From a virus (lineage: Duplodnaviria; Heunggongvirae; Uroviricota; Caudoviricetes), in IMG/VR virus record IMGVR_UViG_3300029839_000128: 64,000 nucleotides of DNA. The stretch is one strand, 5' to 3'. The notes beneath the pieces were generated by a model. The model was not told where the DNA came from and did not search any database. It worked only from the letters and a program-made list of their open reading frames with translations. The position numbers were made by a program, and so were the translations under genes. This document shows positions 54,166 to 63,331 of the stretch, piece by piece; position 1 is the first letter of the stretch, and each line of letters opens with the position of its first letter.

Positions 54166-54576
54166 TTAGAATGGACATACGACATCACGCGGTCTATACC
54201 CATAGACATCCTTGTGATAATCGGAATAGTAGGAATAGAGATCATCCCATTCGTCTCTGTCTATTCCGCCTTGTTCCAGCCGCTTCTTAATATCCAACAA
54301 CTTCTTTTTGTCATCTTCAGCCTCTTCGAGCATCTTTTTATATCCATTCAGCTGCTCCGCGATCTTCTCCAGGGTGTCTCCACCCAGCCACGGAAGGGAA
54401 GGAGAGAACACCAGATAATACTCCACCTGATCAAAAGACTTAGGCTCCACGACGCCGCCGCAGGGCTTAATCGTCACCTCATCACCATTGCACGCCATTG
54501 TTACGGATATTTCCTGAAACTGCGCAGCGATGATCCGCCTCCGTAACTCCTGAGCTGTTCTTTCTATTGTCATCAT
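54166..54576 (-). CDS. hypothetical protein (136 aa)
   Basis: ORF track. Promoter motif 54597-54628. Confidence 0.45.
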   Translation of the reverse strand: MMTIERTAQELRRRIIAAQFQEISVTMACNGDEVTIKPCGGVVEPKSFDQVEYYLVFSPSLPWLGGDTLEKIAEQLNGYKKMLEEAEDDKKKLLDIKKRLEQGGIDRDEWDDLYSYYSDYHKDVYGYRPRDVVCPF

Positions 54577-54643
54577 CTTTTATCGCCTCCTATTATTATT
54601 ACAGACTCCGATCCGAATTTGCTAACCATCTAAATAAAAAAAA

Positions 54644-54664
54644 GCGGCGGGAAACCCCGCCGCC
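54644..54664. terminator. terminator hairpin GCGGCGGGAAACCCCGCCGC (copy 2)
   Basis: Exact duplicate of the hairpin at 54142-54162. Confidence 0.6.
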
Positions 54665-54667
54665 AGT

Positions 54668-54976
54668 TTATAATGAATGTGCCTCTTCATACTGGGAGAC
54701 CGTTTCCTGCAGGCGCTCGCGCTCCCTGTCCAGCTCTGCCAGTCTCTGCTTTGCGTCGTCGTACCGCTCCCGTGCGGCCAGCATATCATCGGCACGCCGC
54801 AGCCTGTCATAATGTCCGCGTTTTGCGGTCAGCTTCTCCACGCCGATCAAGTCCACGATCTTGCAAAAGTCGTCCTTGTCCAAGTCCAGAAGCAGATACA
54901 AAGAGTTGAGCGCCCACAGCTGCCCCTCGTTGATCTGCACGGTCTTCAACCGTTCATTAGCTTCACATAGCATCAT
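54668..54976 (-). CDS. coiled-coil protein (102 aa)
   Basis: ORF track. Promoter motif 55015-55046. Confidence 0.45.
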   Translation of the reverse strand: MMLCEANERLKTVQINEGQLWALNSLYLLLDLDKDDFCKIVDLIGVEKLTAKRGHYDRLRRADDMLAARERYDDAKQRLAELDRERERLQETVSQYEEAHSL

Positions 54977-55088
54977 AATTCACAGCCTCCATTCTGTGTT
55001 CTTGTTCCTATTATCATTACAGACGCTGAATCTGATTTGCTAACCAGAAACAAAAAAAAAGAACGGTGGGAGATCCCCGCCGCTTCTT

Positions 55089-55310
55089 TTACAGCCAGCC
55101 GTCCATCATCTGCTTCAAAATGTGCGCTGCATCCTCTTCGCCGCTGCACGTCCCCAGCAGCCGGAGCGCCCGATCCATCCGCCGCCGTAGCTCCGCCACA
55201 ATTAGAGCTTGCGTCTGCTTGCGGTCTTCCTGGTTGATCCGGTTCTGCTCAAACCCGTAGGCGCGAAAGAGCTGTTCCATGGTTCGCGCTTCGTAAATCA
55301 GTTTATCCAT
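55089..55310 (-). CDS. small protein (73 aa)
   Basis: ORF track. Promoter motif 55352-55381. Confidence 0.4.
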   Translation of the reverse strand: MDKLIYEARTMEQLFRAYGFEQNRINQEDRKQTQALIVAELRRRMDRALRLLGTCSGEEDAAHILKQMMDGWL

Positions 55311-55455
55311 CTCCGTCCTCCTGTTCCGTTGTGCGTTACTCTTCTGTTATTATTACAGACGCAGCCCACGATCTGCTAACCGATACGGAAAATTTTCTTG
55401 TGCGGATGGAAAAGAAAACGGGCGGGAGCCTCAGCCCTCGCCCGTCGTCCTTCGT

Positions 55456-55737
55456 TTACCACCTGACAATAATCATCTTATCGTTGCCGCTATGCTCAAT
55501 AGCGAATCCGTTGCTCTCCAGGATGTCACAAACGGCGCTGCACAGCTTCTCGGACTCAATGCGCATGGAATAGGAAGAGCGCCCCATGTTTGCCTCCTGC
55601 ATGATGCTCTGCTCCACGCTGGAGACCTTCTTTTCTGCGGCCTCAATCAATGCGGCCTGCCGCATGGCTTCACAGTTCTTGACCGCCGCTTTTGCGGCCT
55701 CGGCGTTGAAATTCATAATCATCATATGTCCCTCCAT
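55456..55737 (-). CDS. small protein (93 aa)
   Basis: ORF track. Promoter motif 55774-55802. Confidence 0.4.
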   Translation of the reverse strand: MEGHMMIMNFNAEAAKAAVKNCEAMRQAALIEAAEKKVSSVEQSIMQEANMGRSSYSMRIESEKLCSAVCDILESNGFAIEHSGNDKMIIVRW

Positions 55738-55820
55738 GATTTATCTGTTCGTGTTCTGGATTTCTCTATTCTTATTACAGAAACTTTCCCGGCTCTGCTA
55801 ACCATTCCAGCAAAAAAAAC

Positions 55821-55845
55821 AGGCCGGAGTTTTGCCCCGGCCTGC
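55821..55845. terminator. intrinsic terminator hairpin (AGGCCGGAGTTTTGCCCCGGCCT)
   Basis: A-run before, T-rich after. Confidence 0.5.
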
Positions 55846-55853
55846 CGTTCCAT

Positions 55854-56003
55854 TCAGTCTTCCATGTTGTCAGCCAGTCGATTGATCCAGCGATCCAGCG
55901 GCGGGATCAGCGGGAAAACATAGTCCGCAATCAGACCGCCCACGGCCAGGATCAGGAGAAACGCGGCCAGGATGCCCAGCCAGATAATAGCGTCTGCGAT
56001 CAT
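55854..56003 (-). CDS. small membrane protein (49 aa), GC-rich codon usage
   Basis: ATG 56003 with GGGAGG RBS (track ORF is longer). Confidence 0.4.
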   Translation of the reverse strand: MIADAIIWLGILAAFLLILAVGGLIADYVFPLIPPLDRWINRLADNMED

Positions 56004-56016
56004 GTTCCCGCCTCCC

Positions 56017-56376
56017 TCAGATGAAGTACATCTCGCCATTGATTTCCAGGGCAACGGCTTCCTGCTCCATCTCGTTCTTCAGTTCTTCGCACAGGGAGAC
56101 GACTTCCTCAATGTGCTGCTGCAGGTCGGCGTCGCTGGCATAGGCGAAAACTACGGTGGTGTTCTCAGCTACCAGACCAGCCACAGGGGAAAGCCAGTAG
56201 CCCAGCGCCGGGGTGCTGGTGGCACCGCCGAAATACTCAGAGAGGGCAGAGGCAACGCGCTTGACCTGCGCGGTGTTGTCGGTGGCCGTGTCCACGCCGT
56301 TGGTGGCGGGCACATAGACGGTGATCTTGCTGGAGAGCTTCAGGCAGTTCTTGAGCTTGGCGTTGACGATGTTCAT
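56017..56376 (-). CDS. hypothetical protein (119 aa), GC-rich codon usage
   Basis: ORF track. Hybrid promoter/leader motif 56446-56475. Confidence 0.45.
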   Translation of the reverse strand: MNIVNAKLKNCLKLSSKITVYVPATNGVDTATDNTAQVKRVASALSEYFGGATSTPALGYWLSPVAGLVAENTTVVFAYASDADLQQHIEEVVSLCEELKNEMEQEAVALEINGEMYFI

Positions 56377-56445
56377 AATTCAAACCCCTTTTCTATTCAT
56401 GGCCGGCGGCCTGGTGTTGACCGCCGGCTCGGTGTTCCTGTTCTT

Positions 56446-56475
56446 ATTTCAGAATGGTTTTATGAGTTGCTAACC
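56446..56475 (-). promoter_or_regulatory. hybrid motif containing both the TTATGAGTTGCTAACC leader-type and the ATTTCAGAA promoter-type elements
   Basis: Plus strand atttcagaatggttttatgagttgctaacc. Confidence 0.45.
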
Positions 56476-56491
56476 AAAGGAAAAGATTTTT

Positions 56492-57307
56492 TCAGCAGGC
56501 CACGGACTGGAGAGCCGCCCGCATTTTCACGATCCGCTTGTGTACAGCCACATTGGAGATCTTGACCTCGGCGGCAATCTCCCGCTCGGTCATCCCAGCG
56601 GCCACGCGCTCCAGAATGGCCTGATCCATCGCGTCCCGCCCGCTCTTGAAGCGTTCCAGGTCAGCCCGGATGATGGCGCTGGTCTCGGTGTTCGTGGTCA
56701 GGTCGGCAACTCTGGTCTCGGTGTAGCTCTCGGCCTCGCCGTTGTCGTTGGTAATCTCGAAGTCGGTCGCGGCGGCGTGCTTGCTGTCCTGGTAGAAGAT
56801 GGCCGCGATGCTGGCGCGGGCGGCGTTGTAAACGATGGAGATCAAGGTGATAGGGCGCTTGCCCTGAGCGGCGCGGCGCTCATTGGTGGCGGTCAGCTTG
56901 TCAGGATCAAGGGCAGCGGCCACGCGCAGCCAGGTTTCAGAAACAAACTCGTCGAGATCATGCGGCCCGTACAGGCCAAAGGCGGGAACCTCGGAGAACT
57001 GCAGGTAATGGTCTTCGGTGCTGTAGCCGATGGCGTTGCGGGCGGCGCGGTGAATGCAACGCTTCATCATGTTGACCTGCTCGGCCTCGGTCATGTTGCC
57101 CCAGCTGGCGACGCGCTCCGCAGCGTTGCGGGCGGCGTGCTGTCCCTCGGCCTCCGCCCACGCTATGCGCAGGCACTCGCCCATGATGACCTCGGAGACC
57201 TTGCAGCCGATTTCCTCGGCGGCGTTGCGGCGGATGTCCCAGGCGCGCCCCATGATGGCGGTGAGGTCGTAGGTCTTGCGGGTGGTGGTGTTGGTGGTGG
57301 TAGTCAT
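56492..57307 (-). CDS. sigma-70-family-like transcription factor (region-4 HTH), GC-rich
   Basis: C-terminus GMTEREIAAEVKISNVAVHKRIVKMRAAL resembles sigma70 region 4.2 / ECF-type HTH. 271 aa. GC about 65 percent with strong third-position GC bias, unlike the rest of the window. Two tandem leader motifs upstream. Confidence 0.5.
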   Translation of the reverse strand: MTTTTNTTTRKTYDLTAIMGRAWDIRRNAAEEIGCKVSEVIMGECLRIAWAEAEGQHAARNAAERVASWGNMTEAEQVNMMKRCIHRAARNAIGYSTEDHYLQFSEVPAFGLYGPHDLDEFVSETWLRVAAALDPDKLTATNERRAAQGKRPITLISIVYNAARASIAAIFYQDSKHAAATDFEITNDNGEAESYTETRVADLTTNTETSAIIRADLERFKSGRDAMDQAILERVAAGMTEREIAAEVKISNVAVHKRIVKMRAALQSVAC

Positions 57308-57323
57308 AGTATTGAACCCCTTT

Positions 57324-57465
57324 CAATCATTTTATGAGTTGCTATCGGAAGCGATCCGGGAATCCGATCCATCCGCCACGGCGGAGGCCGTTTCCCGCTC
57401 CCTTTATCTATACCTATTTTACCACCGTCAAGGGTATTTGTCAATCATTTTATGAGTTGCTAACC
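57324..57465 (-). promoter_or_regulatory. two tandem copies of the conserved leader motif (57324-57345 and 57443-57465) upstream of the sigma-like gene
   Basis: caatcattttatgagttgctat and caatcattttatgagttgctaac. Confidence 0.45.
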
Positions 57466-57479
57466 TGACAGAGAGGGGT

Positions 57480-58300
57480 GAAAAGTGACGAAATACAAGG
57501 CACAAAATTGTGCAGTATAACGAACGGCAACCGCCTGCCCCCAGCCCACCAGCCCAGCGGGATCATGCCAGCCCAGCGCCCAGCCTGCCCACCTGAGACG
57601 GCAGCGCCACGCCGCAGGCCAGCAGGAGCAAGGCCAGACGGCAGCGCGGAGCAGCCCGCGCCCGTACAGGCAGAGAGGCAGGCCAGCGGGAGAGCAGTAA
57701 CGACGGAGCAGGAGCGGAGCAGGCAAGCCGCCGCCAGAGCCGCACCAGCCCCACCCAGCCACACCACCAGCCGCCAGCCCCGACCAGCAGACCAACCACG
57801 CCCAGCCGGAGACCGTGCAGCCGATCCAATCCAACCCAGCCCCAGCGCCCGGAGCGATCCCGTGAGAGAGTCCAGAGGAGGGGAGGAGGGGAGGGAGGGA
57901 GAGAGGAGCGGCGCGGCCATCGGTGCAAATTTCCCGCCCAGGTCATAATATGCCGAACACGCCGCCCAACCGCCCAGGGCAGACCGTCCCGGAGCGATCC
58001 AGCCCCAGCGCCACCAGAGAGCAACCGGAACCGCCCGCCGTGCTGCGCTGCAGTTCTGCTTTTGGAGAGAATGCAGAACCAGCGACCCCGCAACCCCCGA
58101 AGAGCGACGGAAGACAGCCCCACCCGGCAGCAGTAGCCCCACCAGACCGGGGGAGCCTCGACATTTCCGCGACGCCCGCTCATCTACGATAAGCGTTCAG
58201 TACCTTCACCTCCACACCATTTCCCCAAAAACCAACTCAACCCCCAACCGCCATCGTATGTTATACCCTTACAACTCCTCGTCGGAGCCTCACTCAAGCT
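57480..58300. repeat. GC-rich (above 65 percent), strongly T-depleted low-complexity region with CCAGCC/CAGC-type short repeats and a purine tract
   Basis: Direct reading finds very few T on the plus strand. Track ORFs here encode Pro/Ala/Gln/Arg-rich low-complexity peptides on both strands. No RBS or promoter found. Confidence 0.5.
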
Positions 58301-58450
58301 AACCCACGTTTGTCAAGGTATTTTTGCTGTTTTCATGCACTTTTGAAACTGCTGTCCTTTCAGGGCTTTCCGTCATTTTGACGAAACCGTAACCTACGAA
58401 GATCTCCGTTGGTTCAATCCGAAAAGCAACAAATTAAATTAAAGATACTA

Positions 58451-58479
58451 TTGACTTTGACGGTACTTTTGTGTATAAT
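58451..58479 (+). promoter_or_regulatory. sigma70 consensus promoter TTGACT-N17-TATAAT
   Basis: ttgactttgacggtacttttgtgtataat. Followed by leader hairpin GTGGAAATCCAC and leader motif 58512-58528. Confidence 0.65.
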
Positions 58480-58511
58480 AGTGATGTGGAAATCCACGAC
58501 TTTAATCGTAG

Positions 58512-58528
58512 ATAGCAACTCATAAAAT
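58512..58528 (+). promoter_or_regulatory. conserved leader motif ATAGCAACTCATAAAAT (plus-strand copy) immediately upstream of RBS GAGGTGA
   Basis: Same motif as the minus-strand copies. Shows the motif follows gene orientation. Confidence 0.5.
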
Positions 58529-58540
58529 GAGGTGATTTGA

Positions 58541-59338
58541 ATGGAAATTCAGATGTCCTTGTTCGATACGGTACCTCAGATCACTGAGACGCCGGCAAGA
58601 GAACCTGGAAAAGTGATCCTTTTCCCTGGCATTCAGGAGACTCAGCCGCCCAAGCCTACTAACTACCGTAAGGGTGGAGAGCAAACCGTATTCCCCATCA
58701 AGAAGCAGGAAGAACTTGAGGCTATGGCGAACTGGCTGCACAAGAATGCAGATCGAAAGTATCTCCTCGGATTTATCCTTGGTATCAATCTGGGTCTGAG
58801 AGCAAACGAGCTGCTTACCCTGAAGCCGGCAGATCTCTTCCATGAGGATCATACTGTAAGGTACTCCCTGGATTTCTCTGATACTTCTGATCAGTATTCC
58901 CTCTACCAGAAGAAGGTTAATAAGCGCAGGCGGTTCTTCCTGAACGAAGCCTGTGTGTCTGCCCTTACATGGTACTATCACGGAGACTTCTCTAAGGCTT
59001 ATAAACATGAATACATTTTTTACTCTCGTGAGGGTGGTCACATCGAGGTAGACACCTTCCGTAAGAAGCTGAAGGATGCAGCTACGGCCTGCGGCATCCG
59101 GCAGAACATCGGAACCCATACACTCCGCAAGACCTTTGGTTATATGCACTACATGAGAAATAAAGATATTGTGTTTCTCCAGAGGCTCTTTGGACATTCA
59201 AGTGCTCTGATCACCATGCGCTATATTGGTATCGCTGAGGAAGAGGAGAAGAGAGCGTATCACTCGGTATCTATCAATTTGCTTGACTCTCTTCCTGTTG
59301 AGGCTGACAGCGACATTGAAAGCACCACCGGCCAGTAG
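58541..59338 (+). CDS. tyrosine recombinase/integrase-family protein (catalytic domain only, 265 aa)
   Basis: LRANELLTLK (box I Arg), HTLRKTF (HxxR), GHSSALITMRYI (box II with Tyr nucleophile). Confidence 0.7.
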   Translation: MEIQMSLFDTVPQITETPAREPGKVILFPGIQETQPPKPTNYRKGGEQTVFPIKKQEELEAMANWLHKNADRKYLLGFILGINLGLRANELLTLKPADLFHEDHTVRYSLDFSDTSDQYSLYQKKVNKRRRFFLNEACVSALTWYYHGDFSKAYKHEYIFYSREGGHIEVDTFRKKLKDAATACGIRQNIGTHTLRKTFGYMHYMRNKDIVFLQRLFGHSSALITMRYIGIAEEEEKRAYHSVSINLLDSLPVEADSDIESTTGQ

Positions 59339-59616
59339 GGGAGGAGGCTTCTTCCTGCAATGACCTTGCTACGGTCTGCCGAGCGAAGCGAGGCAGGAAG
59401 AAGGCAACCCCCTCAGAATTAAAAATTGCGTTTTTCATAACTTTTTAGCCTATTTTGAATGAAGTGAAAAAGAACCTTTTTCCTTTAAGGGCTTGATTTC
59501 ACAAACCCCGATGAATCAAGGGGTTGCGAGGGGTCAAAATCCGAATTTATAACCTCGAAAGTTATAAGCCCATTTTTCGATATCAGAACTTTTGAACATT
59601 TTTGGCTTTTTAGGAG

Positions 59617-60039
59617 GTGTCTATTTTGAGTCGTATAAGCAAGGATGACTACTACCTGAACATTGCTGCGGCGGTGTCAAAGAGATCTACCTGTATCCGC
59701 CGCCAGTACGGAGCGATCATCGTTAAGAATGACCGCATTATTTCCACCGGGTATAATGGCTCTGCTCGCGGAGAGGTAAACTGCTGTGACTCCGGGCGCT
59801 GCTGGAGAGAGGAGAACGGTATTCCTCATGGTGAACGGTATGAGGCTTGTGTAGCCGTACACGCTGAGGACAACGCAATTTCTCAAGCCGGCAGAGAGAC
59901 GATCGGCGCTACGCTTTACTTGGCAGGATTTGAAAACGGAAAGTCTATTCAGGCAGAGCCGTGTATGATGTGCGCCAGAAAGATCAAGAACGCAGGGATT
60001 GTTAAGGTCATTGCTTCGCAACCGGAGGGAGAGGTTTAA
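59617..60039 (+). CDS. deoxycytidylate (dCMP) deaminase
   Basis: HAEDNAI (HAE zinc ligand motif) and PCMMCARKI (PCxxC). Confidence 0.85.
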   Translation: MSILSRISKDDYYLNIAAAVSKRSTCIRRQYGAIIVKNDRIISTGYNGSARGEVNCCDSGRCWREENGIPHGERYEACVAVHAEDNAISQAGRETIGATLYLAGFENGKSIQAEPCMMCARKIKNAGIVKVIASQPEGEV

Positions 60040-60042
60040 TAA

Positions 60043-60627
60043 GTGGGAAGAAATTTATACATCGCCGATACCCATTTCGGCCACAAGAATATTATCCGAT
60101 TTGACAGCCGGCCATTTGCTACGGTTGATGAAATGGAGGAAGAGATGGTCAAACGGTGGAACGTGGCCGTCGAACCATCTGACACCGTATATATCTTAGG
60201 AGATTTCTGCTGGGGAAAGGAAGATGAATGGCTGCGCATCCTGAATATGCTGAAAGGTAGTAAAGTGCTGATTTTAGGCAATCACGATTTGAAGAATATG
60301 AGCAGCCAGCTTCGCAATAAGTTCCAAGATGTCAAAGATAAGAAGGAGATCACGGACGGCGGGCGTCATGTGATCATGTCTCATTATCCAGAGCTGCTTT
60401 ACAAGGGTTCTTATAATCCCTACTGCTATATGCTTTGCGGTCATGTCCATGTTACCCGCGAGAATGATTTCTTGGAGCGCTGGACAGAGGAGCTGCGGCA
60501 GAGTCGGCGAGAACCCAGTCATAGCTTCGGCAACATTATCAATGTAGGCTGCATGATGCCATGGATGGACTTTACTCCCCGCACGCTGGAAGATATTATT
60601 TCCCGAAGGTGGCTGAAATGTATTTAA
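60043..60627 (+). CDS. calcineurin-like metallophosphoesterase
   Basis: DTHFGH, GDFCWG and GNHD motifs. Confidence 0.75.
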   Translation: MGRNLYIADTHFGHKNIIRFDSRPFATVDEMEEEMVKRWNVAVEPSDTVYILGDFCWGKEDEWLRILNMLKGSKVLILGNHDLKNMSSQLRNKFQDVKDKKEITDGGRHVIMSHYPELLYKGSYNPYCYMLCGHVHVTRENDFLERWTEELRQSRREPSHSFGNIINVGCMMPWMDFTPRTLEDIISRRWLKCI

Positions 60628-60824
60628 GCGAAAAGCAGACTCATGCTTTAGAGATGGCTCTTGACGCTATGGACTATCGAAACAGCGGGGCAAAGGACGA
60701 AGAGCAAGAAGAGGCTTACGATACAATTTGTGAAATGCTGAAATCTGCTGCGGAAACAAAGGTTAGGCAAAAGAAAAGACGGGATGAAAAATCCCGGCGT
60801 AATTCTTACAATAGCAACTCATAA
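60618..60824 (+). CDS. small acidic protein (68 aa)
   Basis: Start MYLSEKQ overlaps the upstream stop (track ORF 60561..60824). Confidence 0.4.
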   Translation: MYLSEKQTHALEMALDAMDYRNSGAKDEEQEEAYDTICEMLKSAAETKVRQKKRRDEKSRRNSYNSNS

Positions 60825-60827
60825 AAT
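60811..60827 (+). promoter_or_regulatory. conserved leader motif ATAGCAACTCATAAAAT (plus-strand copy)
   Basis: Followed by hairpin CAGGAGTATCCCATATATCTCCTG and RBS AGGAGGAG before ATG 60892. Confidence 0.45.
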
Positions 60828-60891
60828 TATACAGCAAAAAGTAATGCAGGAGTATCCCATATATCTCCTGTCAGAATAGGAGGAGATATAT

Positions 60892-62592
60892 ATGGGGCTG
60901 TTTGTAGATAACTTTGCCGGTGGTGGCGGTGCGAGTACCGGAATTGAGCTGGCGATTGGACGCAATGTTGATATTGCCATCAACCACGACCCGGATGCTA
61001 TAGCAATGCACCGAGCAAACCATCCCAACACCAAGCACTACTGTGAAGATGTGTGGGAAGTTGATCCGGTGGAGGCGTGTGACGGTAGGCCGGTAACGCT
61101 TGCGTGGTTCAGCCCGGATTGCAAACATTTCTCCCGTGCTAAGGGCGGTAAGCCCGCCGATAAAAATATTCGTGGTTTGGCATGGGTAGCTGTCAAGTGG
61201 GCATATCTGGTACGCCCCAGCGTGATCATGTTGGAGAATGTACCTGAGATCCAGACTTGGGGGCCGCTTGGGAAAGACAACCGCCCTATCAAAGAGCGGG
61301 CTGGAGAGACATTCGACGGCTTTATTAAGGCGCTGTCTACTGGTATTTCGACAGATCATCCGGCATTCCCGGAGATGTGTGAAGCGCTGAGTATTTCGTG
61401 GGAGTCAGAAATGGCGATTGCGCTGGTAAAGGGGTTGGGGTACGATATCCAGTTTCGTACACTGCGCTCCTGTGATTATGGAGCACCCACAACACGGCAG
61501 CGTTTTTATATGATCGCTCGTTGTGATGGAAGGAAGATTGTGTGGCCGAAACCCACTCATGGACAGAAAAACAGCGCTGATGTGAAGTCGGGCAAAAAGA
61601 AGCCGTATCACACTGCTGCGGAGTGTATTGATTGGAGTATTCCGGCGCAGAGCATTTTTGAGCGAGATCGACCGCTTGCAGAAAATACGCTGCGCAGAAT
61701 CGCAAGAGGTATTCGGCGCTTCGTGATCGATAACCCGGAGCCTTTCATTGTGACGGTCAATCATGGCGGAGATAATTTTAGAGGTCAAAGTATCAATGAG
61801 CCGCTACAGACCGTGACTGCAAAGCACGGATACGGTATTGTGACTCCTACCATTATGTGCAACAACGAAAACAACGTGGGCGCAAGGGTAGACTCTCCGC
61901 TGCCTACCGTAACTACTGGAAACCGGAATTTCCTGGTGGCACCTACATTGATCCAGTATCACAGCGAAACTTCAAAAGAAGAGGTGCGTGGGCAAGAGGT
62001 GGATCAGCCGATTATGACTATTGACACCGCTCCTCGGTATGCACTTTCTTGTGCGCACATTATGAAAAATTATGGCGGCGGATATACGGGAGCCGGTAGT
62101 AAGGCGGACGCCCCATTGGATACAGTGACTGCAACCGATCACAATAGTTTGGTAACGGCTCACATTATGACTATGCGGAACCATATGGATGGTCAGCCTG
62201 TAGATGAACCTCTTGGAACCATTACGGCGGGCACAACCCATCATCTGGAAGTGCAGGCGTTCCTTCTGAAATACTACGGAAATGGGACGGCCAACTCTGT
62301 AAGTGAGCCGCTGGACACGGTAACGGCGAGGGATCGTTTTGCTTTGGTAACAATCCATGGTGAGGAGTACATTATTACCGACATTCGTATGCGTATGCTG
62401 CAGCCTCGCGAGTTGTTTAATGCCCAGGGATTCCCGGAAGATTACATCATCGACCATGACGCGGATGGCAAGGTATACCCCAAGGTAAAGCAGGTGGCGA
62501 GATGTGGAAACGCGGTGACGCCGCCGGTACCTGCGGCACTGGTAAGAGCCAATTTGCCGGAGTGCTGTGTGGCCGAGGTCAATGTAGCATGA
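60892..62592 (+). CDS. DNA (cytosine-5)-methyltransferase
   Basis: Motif I FAGGGGAS, motif IV SPDCKHFS, motif VI IMLENVPE. 566 aa with a large variable/TRD region. Confidence 0.85.
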   Translation: MGLFVDNFAGGGGASTGIELAIGRNVDIAINHDPDAIAMHRANHPNTKHYCEDVWEVDPVEACDGRPVTLAWFSPDCKHFSRAKGGKPADKNIRGLAWVAVKWAYLVRPSVIMLENVPEIQTWGPLGKDNRPIKERAGETFDGFIKALSTGISTDHPAFPEMCEALSISWESEMAIALVKGLGYDIQFRTLRSCDYGAPTTRQRFYMIARCDGRKIVWPKPTHGQKNSADVKSGKKKPYHTAAECIDWSIPAQSIFERDRPLAENTLRRIARGIRRFVIDNPEPFIVTVNHGGDNFRGQSINEPLQTVTAKHGYGIVTPTIMCNNENNVGARVDSPLPTVTTGNRNFLVAPTLIQYHSETSKEEVRGQEVDQPIMTIDTAPRYALSCAHIMKNYGGGYTGAGSKADAPLDTVTATDHNSLVTAHIMTMRNHMDGQPVDEPLGTITAGTTHHLEVQAFLLKYYGNGTANSVSEPLDTVTARDRFALVTIHGEEYIITDIRMRMLQPRELFNAQGFPEDYIIDHDADGKVYPKVKQVARCGNAVTPPVPAALVRANLPECCVAEVNVA

Positions 62593-62673
62593 GAAAGCAA
62601 TGCTATGGACGATGTGATCGGTGTGTATGGAAGTATAATGGCGGCTGTTCAGAGTGGCCGTTGATATGGAGGT

Positions 62674-62979
62674 TTGAAAATGACGAGCATTTTAGAGTTG
62701 ATCGCGGTTTTAGAGTGGATCGCCCTGGGTGTATTTGTACTCTTCCGGTTCCGAAAACTCGATAAGAAACTGAATGGGGTGCTGGATGATATTAAGCGGC
62801 AGGAAGAGGAGAGCGAAAAGAATGTTTGCTATCAGGAATGCAACTTGAGCTGTGATAGCTGCGCTAATCAAAAGGAAGATGGCTGTATGTTTAGGAGCGT
62901 CTGCGTAGCAGCTGTCTTCCAAGGGAAACAAGTGTCAAAACCCTCGTTTTATGTGCCAAAGGAGGCCGGCAATGAGTGA
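62674..62979 (+). CDS. membrane-anchored Cys-rich protein (101 aa)
   Basis: N-terminal TM helix, CxxC...C cluster. Confidence 0.45.
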   Translation: MKMTSILELIAVLEWIALGVFVLFRFRKLDKKLNGVLDDIKRQEEESEKNVCYQECNLSCDSCANQKEDGCMFRSVCVAAVFQGKQVSKPSFYVPKEAGNE

Positions 62980-63331
62980 GGGAAAAGTCGGGTTTATCAG
63001 TCCGTTTCAGAACGATCCTTTTGCGATTGTTTGTCAGGCGTACAAAAATCTATTCGACAAGCCTTTTGTAGCCTACTATGATCAGCACACGGAGAAAGAG
63101 CATAAGGAAGAGTACGGTTTTACTCACTTTGTCGATGGTGAGATTCCTGTTGTCATTATCTTTGCTGAACATCCCATCAATATCCAGGTAGAGACCTTTG
63201 CACATGAATTGGCTCATGTGGCAGTGGGAGTAGACCACGAGCATGATGAAGTGTGGAAGAAAGCTTTTGATGATATCTTTCGAGAGTACAACCGTCTTGG
63301 AGATGAGCTTTTTGAAGAAAGGGATGAATGA
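62972..63331 (+). CDS. putative Zn-metallopeptidase-like protein (HExxH), about 119 aa
   Basis: Start MSEGKV. FAHELAHVAVGVDHEHDE contains HExxH plus a downstream His/Glu. Confidence 0.45.
   Translation: MSEGKVGFISPFQNDPFAIVCQAYKNLFDKPFVAYYDQHTEKEHKEEYGFTHFVDGEIPVVIIFAEHPINIQVETFAHELAHVAVGVDHEHDEVWKKAFDDIFREYNRLGDELFEERDE

Noticed and set aside
44900-56500. Regularly spaced ~30-nt conserved intergenic repeats that superficially resemble a CRISPR array
   Set aside because: The spacers are 200-800-nt protein-coding genes of variable length with RBS and terminators. The repeat has internal -35/-10-like structure and strict orientation relative to genes. No cas genes are present.
57450-58192. 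Long minus- and plus-strand ORFs in the GC-rich tract (for example 57450..58142, 57563..58183, 57478..57948)
   Set aside because: Overlapping frames on both strands are produced by GC-rich low-complexity DNA (Ala/Gly/Trp/Pro-rich peptides). They lack RBS or promoter. The region is reported as a repeat / low-complexity region instead.
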